From: Octopus sinensis
Taxonomy: Eukaryota
Direction: 5' to 3'
NCBI RefSeq assembly: GCF_006345805.1
Contig: NW_021833498.1
Span: 1-28,465 of the forward strand
DNA length: 28,465 nucleotides
Position 1 is the first letter of the stretch. Every line of letters starts with the position of its first letter. Positions 12,182 to 24,444 of the stretch are shown here, one piece after another. The notes below the pieces were generated by a model. It saw only the letters and a program-made list of their open reading frames with translations, had not been told where the DNA came from and did no database searches. The translations under genes were made by a program, and so were the position numbers.

Positions 12182-15100
12182 ATGTCAAGTATGCTTAAAT
12201 TAGGTTGTGTGAATGCGCGTGGCTTGGCATCGGCTTGGAAGCAAGGTTACCTTCTAAACGACATCAAGTCACTGAACGTGGATATAGTAGCTATCAGTGA
12301 AACCAGACTCAGTAAGCCGCGGGCCCTCGAGTCCATGTTTGGCAATCAATTTGACATTTATTTTTCTCCCTGTCTGCCGAACTTTTTCGAAAGAGTCTAA
12401 ATGTAAAAGTAAGAGCAATATTCCTAGACCCGGAGGGTAGGCTGGTTGTCTTGGACGTGGATGGCAGAAATGGGTGTGCATTCCGTCTGATAGCAGTTTA
12501 TGCACCGTCCTTAACGGGTCGGGCGGATTTCTTCAGACGTCTAGAGGTTTTCCTGGGTACGTCTAGACCTTTACTGTTAGTAGGGGATTGGAACGCTACC
12601 TTGGACACGCATCTAGATTATGTGGGAAATGATAGAAATAGATGGGGGTGTAAGAGTCTCAAAGACCTGCTCAGACGTTTCCATTTGTCTGACAGGTTCC
12701 GACTCGACCATCCGAACGTGCCAACGTGGACTTGGACAAACCGCATCGGATCGTCGAGATCTTATCTAGATAGAATTCTATGCAGGACAGCGGATAGGGA
12801 TAGTGTAGGATGTCCACAATTTAAAATAGTCAGCTACACAGATCACAAATTTGTTACGTGTACGCTCGACTTAGATAAAACACATAGGCAGGGTCCCGGT
12901 TACTGGAAACTGAACACGTCGCTGTTAGCGCGACAGGTTTACAGAACCGGATTAGCGAGTTAATTAAGAGGGCGCTGACGGGAGCCGTCGTTAACAACCG
13001 CTGGTGGTACGCCCTGAAAATGGCAATAAAATCGGAATCAATTAGGTTTAGCAAGGAATTAGCGATAGAACGAAATAGAGTAGAGGGAGACTTGGTTAAG
13101 AAACTAGAAGAGGCACTTACCACTGGCAGCGCAACCAACGTGCTGGCTGCGAGGATGGCCCTCGACCAACACCTCAACGCCAAGCACGAAAGTTGCATCG
13201 TCAGAGCTAAAATGCGTGCCTTAATGAACGAAGGGATCGAAGCTGCGCGAGAGGCCCGGGTAGCGGAGGCGCAGCGTGGCAACAGATCAACCATTCGGTC
13301 TCTAATAGATCAACAGGGATGCAGTTTACTCGAACCCGAAAGGATGTGTGAGGCCTTTCAACAGCACTTTGCTCGACTGTTTGGTGCGAGTGGTGGGTCG
13401 GACGCAGGATGGATTTCAGTGCCTACCTGACCGACCTGCCGCGGCTCTCGGCAAGAGAAGCGGAGTGTTGTGAAAGTCCCATCACAGCCGCTGACGTGTG
13501 GGATGCGATGGCGGGCTGCGCGAGGGATAAGTCGCCTGAATTGGATGGTTTACCCTACGAGCTGTATTGTCAAATGCCAGACTTGTTTGGCGACCTCTTG
13601 GCATCAGTCTACTGCAACTGGCAACAAAACGGGAGAATCCCCGGTTTCGTGAGTCGAGGTGCAGTGACGTTGCTGAAGAAAGACCCAAACAAGGGGAATT
13701 TTATAGATAATTTCAGGCCCATCACTCTGCTCAACGCAGATTTGAAAATTTTGGCCAAAGTAATAGCCGAGAGGTTGGCGCTTGTCATTGGTAAACTGGT
13801 CGACAGGGCGCAAACATGCGCCGTGCCGGGCAGAACCATACATGACAACCTCCATCTGATGCGCTACATTGTGGACAGGGTAGTTAAGGATCCTGGCATG
13901 GGTGGGGCGCTGATAAATTTGGATCAGTCTAAAGCCTTCGATAGGGTCGACCATCGGTACTTGGCGGCCGTCCTCAGGGCGGCTGGCTTCGGTCCCGTCT
14001 TCCGCGGTTGGATCGCTGCTTTGTATAGCGGCATCCGATCGGTGATTCGGGTGAACGGTCACCTGTCGAAACCGTTTGACATCACGCGTTCGGTCCGTCA
14101 GGGGTGTCCCCTGTCGGCGCTTCTGTATGTATTGACTCTCGAGCCGCTACTGTGGAAGCTGGCGACACTGAGGGGCATCCCACGGGAACTGGGTTGCGGG
14201 ACGAGCGTGTCGGCATATGCGGACGATGTCACCGTCATAGTGTCGAGCGACAAACACATCAAGATGATAGGCGAGACACTAAGAAAATACGAAACGGTGA
14301 CGTGAGCAAAGATTAACCCGGAAAAGTCAGTGGGTTTGCTACTCGGCACCTGGAGAAGCAAGCCCATGCCGTCCGACTGCGGCTCAGTAGTGGGACGCTG
14401 GACGGACGGACCGGTTAAATTGCTCGGGGTCTGGTTCAGTCCGGACCTCCAAATGGATAAGAACTGGGACGAGATCACGAGTAGAGTGGTCGCTCTCAGC
14501 CAAACATGGGCCGAGAGAAAGCTGTCTCTAAAAGGCCGGACGGAGGTGGCGAACGCGTACATCGCATCCGTCATCGATTACCGCCTGACCGTCGTACCTT
14601 GTCCCGACGCCACCATCACCAAACTGGAACGCATACACTTCCGCTTCATGTGGAAGGGTGGCGTTCCGATGGTGAGGCAGTCCATTTGCTGTCAACATCC
14701 GTTGAATGGAGGACTGGGCATGCCGTGGTTGATGATGCGCAGGCATGCGCTGAGACTGCGACATCTCTGGAACTTCATCGACGACGGTGAACAGGTGTGG
14801 GCGCCGTTTGTGAGGCGCGACTTCCCGCAGCTCGTCTCACTGACCGAACTGCAAACGTGGATCAAAAAGAGACCGAAACTGGGCGATTGGCACCGAGAGT
14901 GTCGCCAAGCTCTACAGTAGCTCTGCCGACCGGGGTCAAACTTGTGCAACTTACAAACGACTAAAGCGTTCTATAGAGGACTAGTGGAGGGGAGGTCCGA
15001 CGACACACTCGGGGCAAACCTGGGCGTCGACGAGAAATTCCTACCCGCCTGTTCAGGACGACGTTCGGGCCGGGGCCTATGGATAACTTCCAGAAATCCC

Positions 15101-15606
15101 TGGCTTGGCAGTGCTATCGAGAGACGCACTACCTGTTCGAGAGAAGAGCTACAGACACGGTTCGAAAACCATCACCGGACCGACCTGCCCGAGATGCGGT
15201 CAGAGCGACGAAACCGTTCTGCATGCACTCGTGCAGTGTCCAGATATTTCAGAGCTGTGGTCCTTCGTCGAACAGCTGTTGTCACGTGTAGGTCGGGCTC
15301 GCCTATCGGCCGAGTCTATCGTGAATATTGTTCCACCACCACCTTCCTTAAACGGGAAGGGAAAACGGTTTTCGTTACGCTGATGGCTATGGCGAAAGAA
15401 TGTGTGTGGTGGACGCGTTTGAAAGGACTGCAAACAAACACCTTCCTCTCTGGTCAGTCTCTCGTCAACTTTTTCAAGTACCACTTGAAAAGGAGGATGA
15501 GATAGAGAGGAAGGCTTTGTCGAACGAATGTTTTAATAAAAAGTGGGTAAAAGTGGCAAAAATGGTCAGTATGAAAGACGACACTATTTTAAGCATAAAT
15601 CTGTAA
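12182..15606 (+). pseudogene. ORF2 of copy B: AP endonuclease, reverse transcriptase and C-terminal Cys/His motif, with multiple frameshifts and stops
   Basis: LGCVNARG, AISET, VYAP, GDWN, YLDRI, TDH (APE); YWKLN, FRPITLLNAD, DQSKAFDRV, RQGCPLS, YADD (RT); CPRCGQSDETVLHALVQC. Confidence 0.93.
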
Positions 15607-15899
15607 CCAAAAGAGACAACGAGAAGTAAGGCGACTTACTCATGTGTTCTTTTTCGAATTGTCTGAGGTGACCTTGGTCTTTTTTGTAGGTTTTTCTTTC
15701 CAAGGCTACACCTAAGCTGTGAACCTTATATATATATATATATATTGCTTTTTTATACACCACACAACCCACAGATCCCTATTGGTCAAACAACGTTTTT
15801 TTTTGTGCCCCACCCATCCCACCTCGAAAAGAAAAAATTCTACATTGTATTTCGTCCATTTTTATTCTGTGTTTAGCCCTGTGTGGCTACAATAAAAAG

Positions 15900-15900
<1 letters not shown>

Positions 15901-15980
<80 letters not shown>
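15901..15980 (+). repeat. Perfect (TATC)20 between copies B and C
   Basis: Read directly. Confidence 0.97.
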
Positions 15981-16191
15981 AGCACAGACAGACGCAAGTC
16001 AAATGAGCTCCAAGTAAGTTGGTCATTTTGTACGTTCAAAAGTGTTTATTGTTAAATATTTTGTGTTTAAAAGTTGTGCAACAACATCCACTGCAACCTG
16101 ACTAATATCTACACAAAATTTCGCCCTTTGTGGGCAAAATTTAAAAAAATTCTCGTAGGCTCGTGTTTATTTTAGCCATTTTACTTTCAAA

Positions 16192-17918
16192 ATGGCTACT
16201 GGTCACCACGAGGCTGAGGTGCAACTGAAGCGTGACGCCAAAACAAAAAAGCAAGATTTCCTGTCACCATGCGCTGAACTTGACTGTGTAAACACTACTT
16301 ACACCCCACCACCACCACCACCACCATCAGCATCGACAACAGCAACAAATACAAAACAAAGGTCGTAAGGCCAAGCACCGTCACCGCCACCAGTGATTCC
16401 ACCATCAACACCGACACCACTACCATGGCAGCATCTGATACTACAACTGCTATCTCTGCTAACGACACCACTACCAACAACAATAACAATACCAACATCA
16501 CCATCACCGCCACCAAAGACCGTGCCGTCAATGCCTCCCTTGCTACTAATACCACCGGCGTCACCAAGAACGACAATAACAACAACAACAACAACAACAA
16601 CAATTCCCTTCAGCCACTCACTCCATCACCAACAAGTGAAGGTGAGAAAAAAAATAACAGCGACAATCAAACGAGGTGCCGAAATTTGCGCTAATGCAGG
16701 ACCAAATTACGCAGACAATTTTCCACCTCTTGCCAGTTGTATAACCAGCAACCACAAACCTAATATACCCACAACCCACACCCCTGCCATCAACACCAAC
16801 ACTACCAGCAGTAACAACAATAACAAAACAACAACAAACTTCGCCGAGGCGATAAAAGAAAAAGTAACAAGAGTATAAATAAAAGACTGCAGAGTCCTAA
16901 TCACCAAAGAAAACGGCAAAATACAATTACACATACCACAACAACTGGGTGGAAAAGAGAATGGAGTTTCTCTTCCACATAAGCCAAGACGACATTAACA
17001 AAATTCCCACCCACGTACATCTTGCGGATGGCCGCAAGTTGTATGTAGTAGTCGAGGGCAGAAGGCCACGCTGCTATACATCCGGCAGTGAAACTCACCC
17101 CAAAAAGGAGTGCAAATTTGCCGCGAAACAACAACAACAACAACAGCCACAGGAAAAACCACAAAAGCCAGCATTATTGCCCACACCACAGTATGGACGG
17201 CTAATCAAGAAGCTATATGCAGAAATGCATGAAAAGCAACAAAGAACGGACCAACCCAACCAAACAACACAACTACCTGCGCCAAGAACAGAACCATCAC
17301 CACCAACAACAACTAAACCAATTCCAACACCGAGAACAACAACGAAGAAGACAAGCACCAAGGATGTAGGAGAGACAATCACCACACCAAACCCCCCAGC
17401 AACACCCCCCGCACACCACAACAATATCTACAACCGCACAAACAGACCCAGATGCTTTACCCTTGCCTCCTGCTGATTTGTCAGACTTTTCATCTAACGA
17501 TGAAAGTTCGACAGAATGGCAAATAGCCACCGGGGGTAAAAGAAAAAGATAAAAAAAACCAAACAAGAAAACGCAACCAAAGCAGGGAGATACCTGATCC
17601 CTGAAAGCTCCATACACAGCCAAACAAGCACCAACACCACAAAAACACACACAATGCTATCAGCGATAGACACAAAAGACTCCAAACTAATGGAGTACAT
17701 CACAGGCCACACAAACATCTGTGAAGATGACTTCAAAACTAACAACCATCCACGCACTACACCACCCAAACACATCAAAATACTACACATCACACAAACA
17801 ACACCACACACTCAAAGCCCTCTTTCCAAATGCTGTTGGGGGGTTCCAAAAATACCTCTCACAAAAACAAGACATATCAAAGAACGAGGAAACCAAAACT
17901 TTCGACACAAGTAGGTAA
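16192..17918 (+). pseudogene. ORF1 of copy C, frameshifted, missing roughly 120 codons relative to copy B, zinc knuckle mutated
   Basis: ATG at 16192 in AAAATGG context. NFAEAIK matches NFADTLR of B. CYTSGSETHPKKEC has a C-to-S change. C-terminal ICEDDFKTNNHP and FPNAVGGFQ are shared with B. Confidence 0.8.
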
Positions 17919-17968
17919 CTCTCTGTACTTTCCTTTTTGTGTTTTAAAACACACACTCCAATAGAATC

Positions 17969-20900
17969 ATGGTCAAGATTGGTTGTGTGAATGCGCGAGG
18001 TTCGGGGTCTCCTAGGAAACAAGGATACCTCCTAATTGACATCAAGTCACACGATTTGGGAATCATAGCCATAAGTGAGACCAGACTCCACGAACCACGG
18101 GCCCTAAAGTCCATGTTTGGCGGACAGTTCAACATTTATTTTCCTCCCTGTCTGCCGAGGATGGGCGGTAGTGGCACCGCGGTACATTTTCATAAGAGCC
18201 TGGATCTCGAAGTCAAGACGATATTCGTAGACTCGGAGGGTAGACTGGTCGTTCTGGATGTCGACGGCAGCAATGGGTGCGCTTTTCGACTCGTATCAGT
18301 CTACGCACCGCCTTTAACAGGTCGGCCGGATTTCTTTCGACGTCTAGAAGTATTCCTGGGAACGTCTCGTCCTTTACTTTTAGTGGGGGATTGGAATGCT
18401 ACCTTGAACACGCATCTAGACTATGTGGGGAGAGACAAAAACAGAAGGGGATGCAAATGCCTCAGAGACCTGCTCAGACGATTCCAACTGTCTGACAGGT
18501 ACCGACTCGACCACCCAAATATACGAACGTGGACATGGAGCAACCGCAGTGGGTCGTCGAGATCGTATCTAGATAGGATACTGTGTAGGACAGTAGACAG
18601 GGATAGCTTAGGATGTCCACAATTCCACACAGTCAGCTACACGGATAACAAATTCGTGACGTGTACGCTAGACTTAGATAAGGCACATAGGCAGGGTCCC
18701 TGTTACTGGAAACTGAACACGTCTTTCCCGTCCAGACAAGTTTTCAGAGATAGAATCAACACGTTAGTAAAAAGGGCTTTAACGGGAGCCATTGTCAACA
18801 ACAAATGGTGGTTCACCCTCAAGAGAGCAGTAAAAGCGGAAGCAATAAGATATAGCAAGGCACTAGCCGTAGATAGAAATAGAGTAGAGGGTGAGTTAGT
18901 TAAGAAGTTAGAAGAGGCAATAAGAAGCGGCATCACATCCGACGTTTTAGCGGCGAGGTTGGCCCTTGACCAACACTTCAACGCCAAACACGAAGGGTGT
19001 GCTGTCAGGGCTAGGATGCGTGCTCTAAGGATGGAAGGTGTTGGAGCCGCGAGGGAGGCCCGGGTGGCGGAGGCGCAGCAGGGCAACAAAGCCACCACAA
19101 GGGCGCGAATTGCTCGAGCCAAGCAAGATGTGCGAGACATTTCAGCGGCACTTTGCCCGACTGTACGGGACGAGTGGCGAGCGTGAACGCAGGGTGGACT
19201 TCAGTGCCTACCTGCACAGCCTACCACGACTCTCGGCAAGAGAGGCAGAGTGCTGCGAAGGTGCCGTCACGGCGGCGGATGTGCGGGACGAGATGGCAGA
19301 ATGCTCGAGAGACAAATCGCCGGGTTTGGATGGTCTGCCTTACGAGTTTTACAATTGTATGCCAGACTTGTTTGGAGACGTCTTGGCAGCGGTATACTGC
19401 AACTGGCAGCAAAACGGTAGCATACCCGGTTTTGTGAGTCGAGGAGCCGTAACGCTGCTGAAGAAAGATCCAAACAAGGGGAACATTATAGATAACTTTA
19501 GACCAATCACTCTGCTCAATGCAGACCTGAAAATTTTGACAAAGGTGTTAGCCAAGAGGTTGGCGCTTGTCATCGAGAAACTAGTCGACAACGCACAAAC
19601 GTGCGCCGTGTCGGGCCGGAGCATCCATGACAATCTCCATCTGATGCGCTACATCATAGAGTAGTTAAGGAACCTGGCATGAGTGGGGCCCTGATCAACT
19701 AGGATCAATCGAAAGCCTTCGATAGGGTAGACCATCGATACTTGGAGGCAGTCCTGAGAGTGGCTGGTTTCGGTCCCGTCTTCCGCGGCTGGATAGCTGC
19801 CTTGTACAGAGACATCCGTTCGGTAATTCGCGTAAATGGACATCTATCGAGACCTTTCGACATTGCACGTTCGGTCCGTCAGGGATGCCCCCTCTCGGCG
19901 CTTCTATACGTATTGACTCTTGAGCCACTACTGCGGAAGCTGGCGACTCTGAGGGGCATCCCGCGAGAATTGGGATGCGGGACGAGTGTGTCTGCATACG
20001 CGGACGACGTCACCGTCATAGTGTCAAGCCACGAGCACATCGAGCGGGTCGGCGAGACACTGAAAGACTACGAAGCGGTGACAGGAGCGAAAATCAACCG
20101 GGAAAAGTCAGTGGGCTTGCGGCTCGGCACCTGGAGAAGCAAGCCCATGCGGTCCACCAGTACCTTCGTCGTGGGACGCTGGACAGACGGCCCAGTTGAG
20201 TTGCTCGGGGTCTGGTTCGGTCCGGACCTCCAAATGGAGAAGAACTGAAACGAGATAACGAGTAGGGTGGTCACTCTCGCTCAGCAATGGGCCTAGAGGA
20301 AACTGTCCCTAAAAAGTCGGGCGGAGGTGGCGAACACGTACATCGCGTCTATCATCTACTACCGCCTGACCGTCGTGCCTTGTCCCGACCCTACCATCAC
20401 CAAACTAGAACGCATTCTCTTCCGCTTCTTGTGGAAAGGATGCGTCCCGATGGTCAGGCGATCCATTTGCTGTCAACACCCGTTAAAAGGAGGGCTGGGT
20501 ATGCCATGGTTGATGATGCGCAGACACGCGCTGAGACTGCGACATCCCCGGCTCTATGTAGACGACGGTGAACAGGTGTGGTCGCCGTTTGTGAGGCACG
20601 CGTTCCCGCAGCTCGTCTCCATGACCGAACTGCAGTCGTTGATCAAAAAGAGGCCGAGGAAGGGCGAATGGCACCGCGAATATCGCGTTGCTTTCAAGCA
20701 ACTCTGCCGTCCTGGGTCGACCTTGAGTGACTTCAACACAACCAAAGCATTCTATAGGGGATTAGTGGAGGGGAGGTACGACGACGATCTTGGGGCAAAC
20801 CTGGGCGTCGATGAGGAATACCTGACCCGCCTGTTTGAAACGACTTTCGGGCCGGGACCTATGGACAACTTCCAGAGATCCCTGGCCTGGCAGTGCTACC

Positions 20901-21382
20901 GAGAAGCACTACCCGTTCGGGATAAGCTCTATAGGCATGGTTAGAGAAACACGGGGCCGACCTGCCCGAGATGCGGGCAGAGCGACGAAACCGCTCTGCA
21001 CGCACTCGTGCAGTGTCCAACAATTTCCGACCTGTGGGCTTATGTCGAACGACTGCTGTCACGTGTGGGACGTGTCGGTTTATCAGCCGAGTCTATCGTT
21101 AATATCGTCACGCCTCCTTCCTTCAAACGGGAAGGAAGAGCTATTTTTATCATACTTGTGGCTATGGCGAAAGAATGTATCTGGTGGACGCGCCTGAAAG
21201 GATTAGAGACAAACACTTTCCTCTCTGGTCAATCTCTCATCAACTTCTTCAAGTATCACTTGAAGAAGAAAGTGAGAGTAGAGAGGCAAGTTTTGACTAG
21301 TGAATGTTTTAAAAAAAGATGGGTGAATGTAGCAAGGATGGCACATATGAATGACGAAGCCACCTTGACTATGATTCTATGA
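17969..21382 (+). pseudogene. ORF2 of copy C: APE, RT and C-terminal Cys/His motif, disrupted
   Basis: IGCVNARG, ISET, GDWN, YLDRI, KSPGLDG, FRPITLLNAD, KAFDRV, RQGCPLS, YADD; first 405 codons open, later indels and stops. Confidence 0.93.
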
Positions 21383-21767
21383 ACCGTAAAAATTAATACA
21401 GAGAGTTGCTTATTTGCAAAAAAAAAGAAAAAAAAAAGGAATATAACATGTGACTTCATTGACCGAGGTTACCGTGGTCTTTTCCGTAGGCTTTTCTTTC
21501 CACGGGTAAACCTCACCTGTCCTCCCCTTTACACTTCATATTGACATTTCTGTGATAACGATCCCTATTGATCAATTTTTTTTCCTTTCCCTTTCCCCGC
21601 CTCTTTTTTTTATTTTATTCTACCCCCCCTTTTTTTGTCCCCTTTCTTTCCATTTACGATCCCTTTTGATCGAAAACCAAACCCTCTTCTTTTACCCCCA
21701 AAAGAAAAGCTCTACCTTGTAATTTTGTCCTGTCTGTGTGCAGCCCTGTGTGGCTAATAAAGAAACA

Positions 21768-21838
21768 TATCTATCTATCTATATATCTGTCTGCCTATCT
21801 ATCTACTTGTTCATCTATCTGTATAGCTATCTTTATCC
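21768..21838 (+). repeat. Degenerate (TATC)n, right flank of the array
   Basis: TATC units interrupted by many substitutions. Confidence 0.8.
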
Positions 21839-21861
21839 TGAACGTGCGTGTAAGAGTAGGT

Positions 21862-21869
21862 GAGTGAGT

Positions 21870-21902
<33 letters not shown>

Positions 21903-21955
21903 GAGAAAGAGGGGGAAAAAGAGGGAGTGAAAGAACGAGAGAAAGAATGAAAGAA
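21862..21955. repeat. (GA)n and purine-rich tract
   Basis: Read directly. Confidence 0.85.
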
Positions 21956-22180
21956 AATGTAAAAAGTATTCCTAATGAAACCATTTCGAATGATTGATTC
22001 ATGGTATTCTAAGATATAAGTTAGCAAACTCCTTCAGTTACTCTGAAGTCTCAACGGAATATTTCATTTTCTTACCAGTTCATGCAGAAATAAACACAAA
22101 CCCAATTTTCATATTGTTTCCAAGGTTCTTAGGAAGACTATCAAAGTCTTCTCTACAATACTCAGGCTAATGCATGCTAT

Positions 22181-22304
<124 letters not shown>

Positions 22305-23780
22305 ATCTCACTGTCTGTCTACATGTACATGTGTACGTATGTAAATATACACACTAACATATGACATACATAAATACATTTTTATGCATACATATTATAT
22401 ATATTTGTATAAAGAAATATATATATAAAAGGTGATTAGAATCAAAATAAGCAACAAGGATATCCAGAGGTAATGCAGTACGATCGTTTGACGCAACTCC
22501 ATTTAATTGAACAGTGCAACCATTACATCAATTTAAATGCAGAGCAATCCTCAGCTGCACAAAGACATAGAATTTAATTTAATTAAAACAGATGGACACA
22601 TTAGTATAATTTTACCTAAAATCTCCAAGAAGTTAAGGATATAGACAAAGAACATGCTGCCTTCACTTCCACTTAGAAGCTACCGTGTCAACTCTTATAT
22701 CGTTTCTCAATGCCGGCTAGCCTCAGCGAATGTAATAATTACTAGTAAGTAGTATTTACTAGAAGAATTAGTAATAATTTACCAGACTCGGTTATTATTC
22801 TCGTTTGGCAAATCCGAATGTCCTTTCAGGGACTGCATAGTTTCCGTAGAGAAAATAATGAAATTAATAAAGACCAGGAGAACGGAGATTTGCACATCTA
22901 TATTTTATTATACCGTTGTTTGCAGTGTTCTAAGTCCAAGAGAAGAATGCTACAAATAAAGGCGTAATGAAATATGGATGCCTAAATCGCCGTTCTCTTC
23001 CACTCTCCTCTTGCTTTTCAATGATATATATTGGATCTGGATTGCCTGTGTTCAGTTCACTGCAGGAGGAAAGCCGCAGCTTGTTCTCCACTGAGAACAT
23101 ATCGGATTGATAAACCTACTTTACTACACTGGCTTGACATGACTTGGCAGAGGGCTGCAGTTTTTATACTCTTACCCGGGAGTAGTTAAGTCAATTACAA
23201 ATATACATACATAATGTATATATGTAAGGATGTAAGCTCATAGTCTCCAAGTACTAAATTTTCCTCAACAAACAATACCATTCAATCCGAGGCTTTAGTA
23301 GCAACTACTTGCCCCAAATGCCACGCTACTACAGTCACTACAATTGCTGCTGTTACTATTGCTACTTGCCACTTGTTAACATCAGCATTTCCTATAAGGA
23401 ACAAATGACATATTTTTCCAAAATTATTTTGCCAAGCAGTAATTCAATTCAACTCTTCAAGCCCACTAACGAAGCAGCAATCATTATAGAGAACAATTTT
23501 CTATTCGAATGCATATTATTACATCCCTCCTACAATCATCGTATTAGAAAAATAGCTTTACTTATTTTTTATATTTAGCTATTGTTGCTTTACTGACCGT
23601 TGCTATTTATTCCTAGACATTGTACTTGCTTCAATAATCGGGATAACAATATGGCTGATTATTTTTCTTATTTCAAATTCGGACTCGCCAATTACATGTT
23701 TTAACAAAAGAACATTTCATACATTCTCTTATCGTCTTTATCTTCTCTCCAAAATGAAACTTTTATTTCGCATCCGTGCT

Positions 23781-23788
23781 CACACACG

Positions 23789-23862
<74 letters not shown>
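23781..23862. repeat. (CA)n microsatellite
   Basis: Read directly. Confidence 0.95.
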
Positions 23863-23865
<3 letters not shown>

Positions 23866-23969
23866 ATAAATACTCACATGATATGAGATTTTGGATGACC
23901 CAGTTGTGAGCGGTTGCCAGATAAACCAAAACAGAGGTTCGTCTCTAGTGCAAAACTAAAGTATACTTT

Positions 23970-24370
23970 GGATCTTTTCGGTTTGAACGGCAGTTTTTTT
24001 TCTAGCGGTGTCATATGAAATTGTCACCCATAATTATGACCCTAGTATCGATCTATTGCATTTCAATCTGTTTTAGGGTTAGGGGTGGGGGGAAGGATAG
24101 TTTTTTCTTCACAAATGTAAATAAATCCTGTTTCTTAAACGAGGGACATATTCATACGGCACAAAATGTGTTTTTTTACCTCAGTAGACGTCAGTGATTG
24201 GTTGAAATTGCAGAAATTGAAGAAAAAAACAACAAATATCTTACAAACTATAGAATTTTCTCAATAAAGCAAAGAGAAAAAGATGTTATATTCTACCAGT
24301 ATACGAAGTTAAAATCTTTTAGTTACCTAGAAATTATGTTAAAAACTGCCGTTTAAACCGAAAAGATCCC
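23970..24370 (+). mobile_element. Non-autonomous DNA transposon (MITE), about 400 bp, with about 29-bp TIRs; superfamily not assigned
   Basis: GGATCTTTTCGGTTTGAACGGCAGTTTTT ... AAAAACTGCCGTTTAAACCGAAAAGATCCC; CTTTG occurs at both ends. Confidence 0.85.
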
Positions 24371-24444
24371 CTTTGATTCCTATTTTACTCTATTAGATTC
24401 CCATAACATTCGAAGTTTAAAAAATCCTGTTAAGTTTTTGTTAT

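Larger units (their letters stand above)
10015..15900 (+). mobile_element. Tx1-like non-LTR retrotransposon, copy B, apparently full length (5.9 kb), defective
   Basis: About 200-bp 5'UTR, ORF1 with CCHC knuckle, ORF2 with APE and RT motifs, 3'UTR, AATAAA at 15891-96, then (TATC)n. Confidence 0.93.
15981..21767 (+). mobile_element. Tx1-like non-LTR retrotransposon, copy C, near full length with an internal ORF1 deletion, defective
   Basis: Same organisation as copy B; AATAAA at 21756-61, then TATC repeats. Confidence 0.93.

Noticed and set aside
12854-19997. Numerous long antisense and alternative-frame ORFs over ORF2
   Set aside because: Expected shadows of GC-rich coding sequence; stop positions differ between homologous copies and no motifs are present
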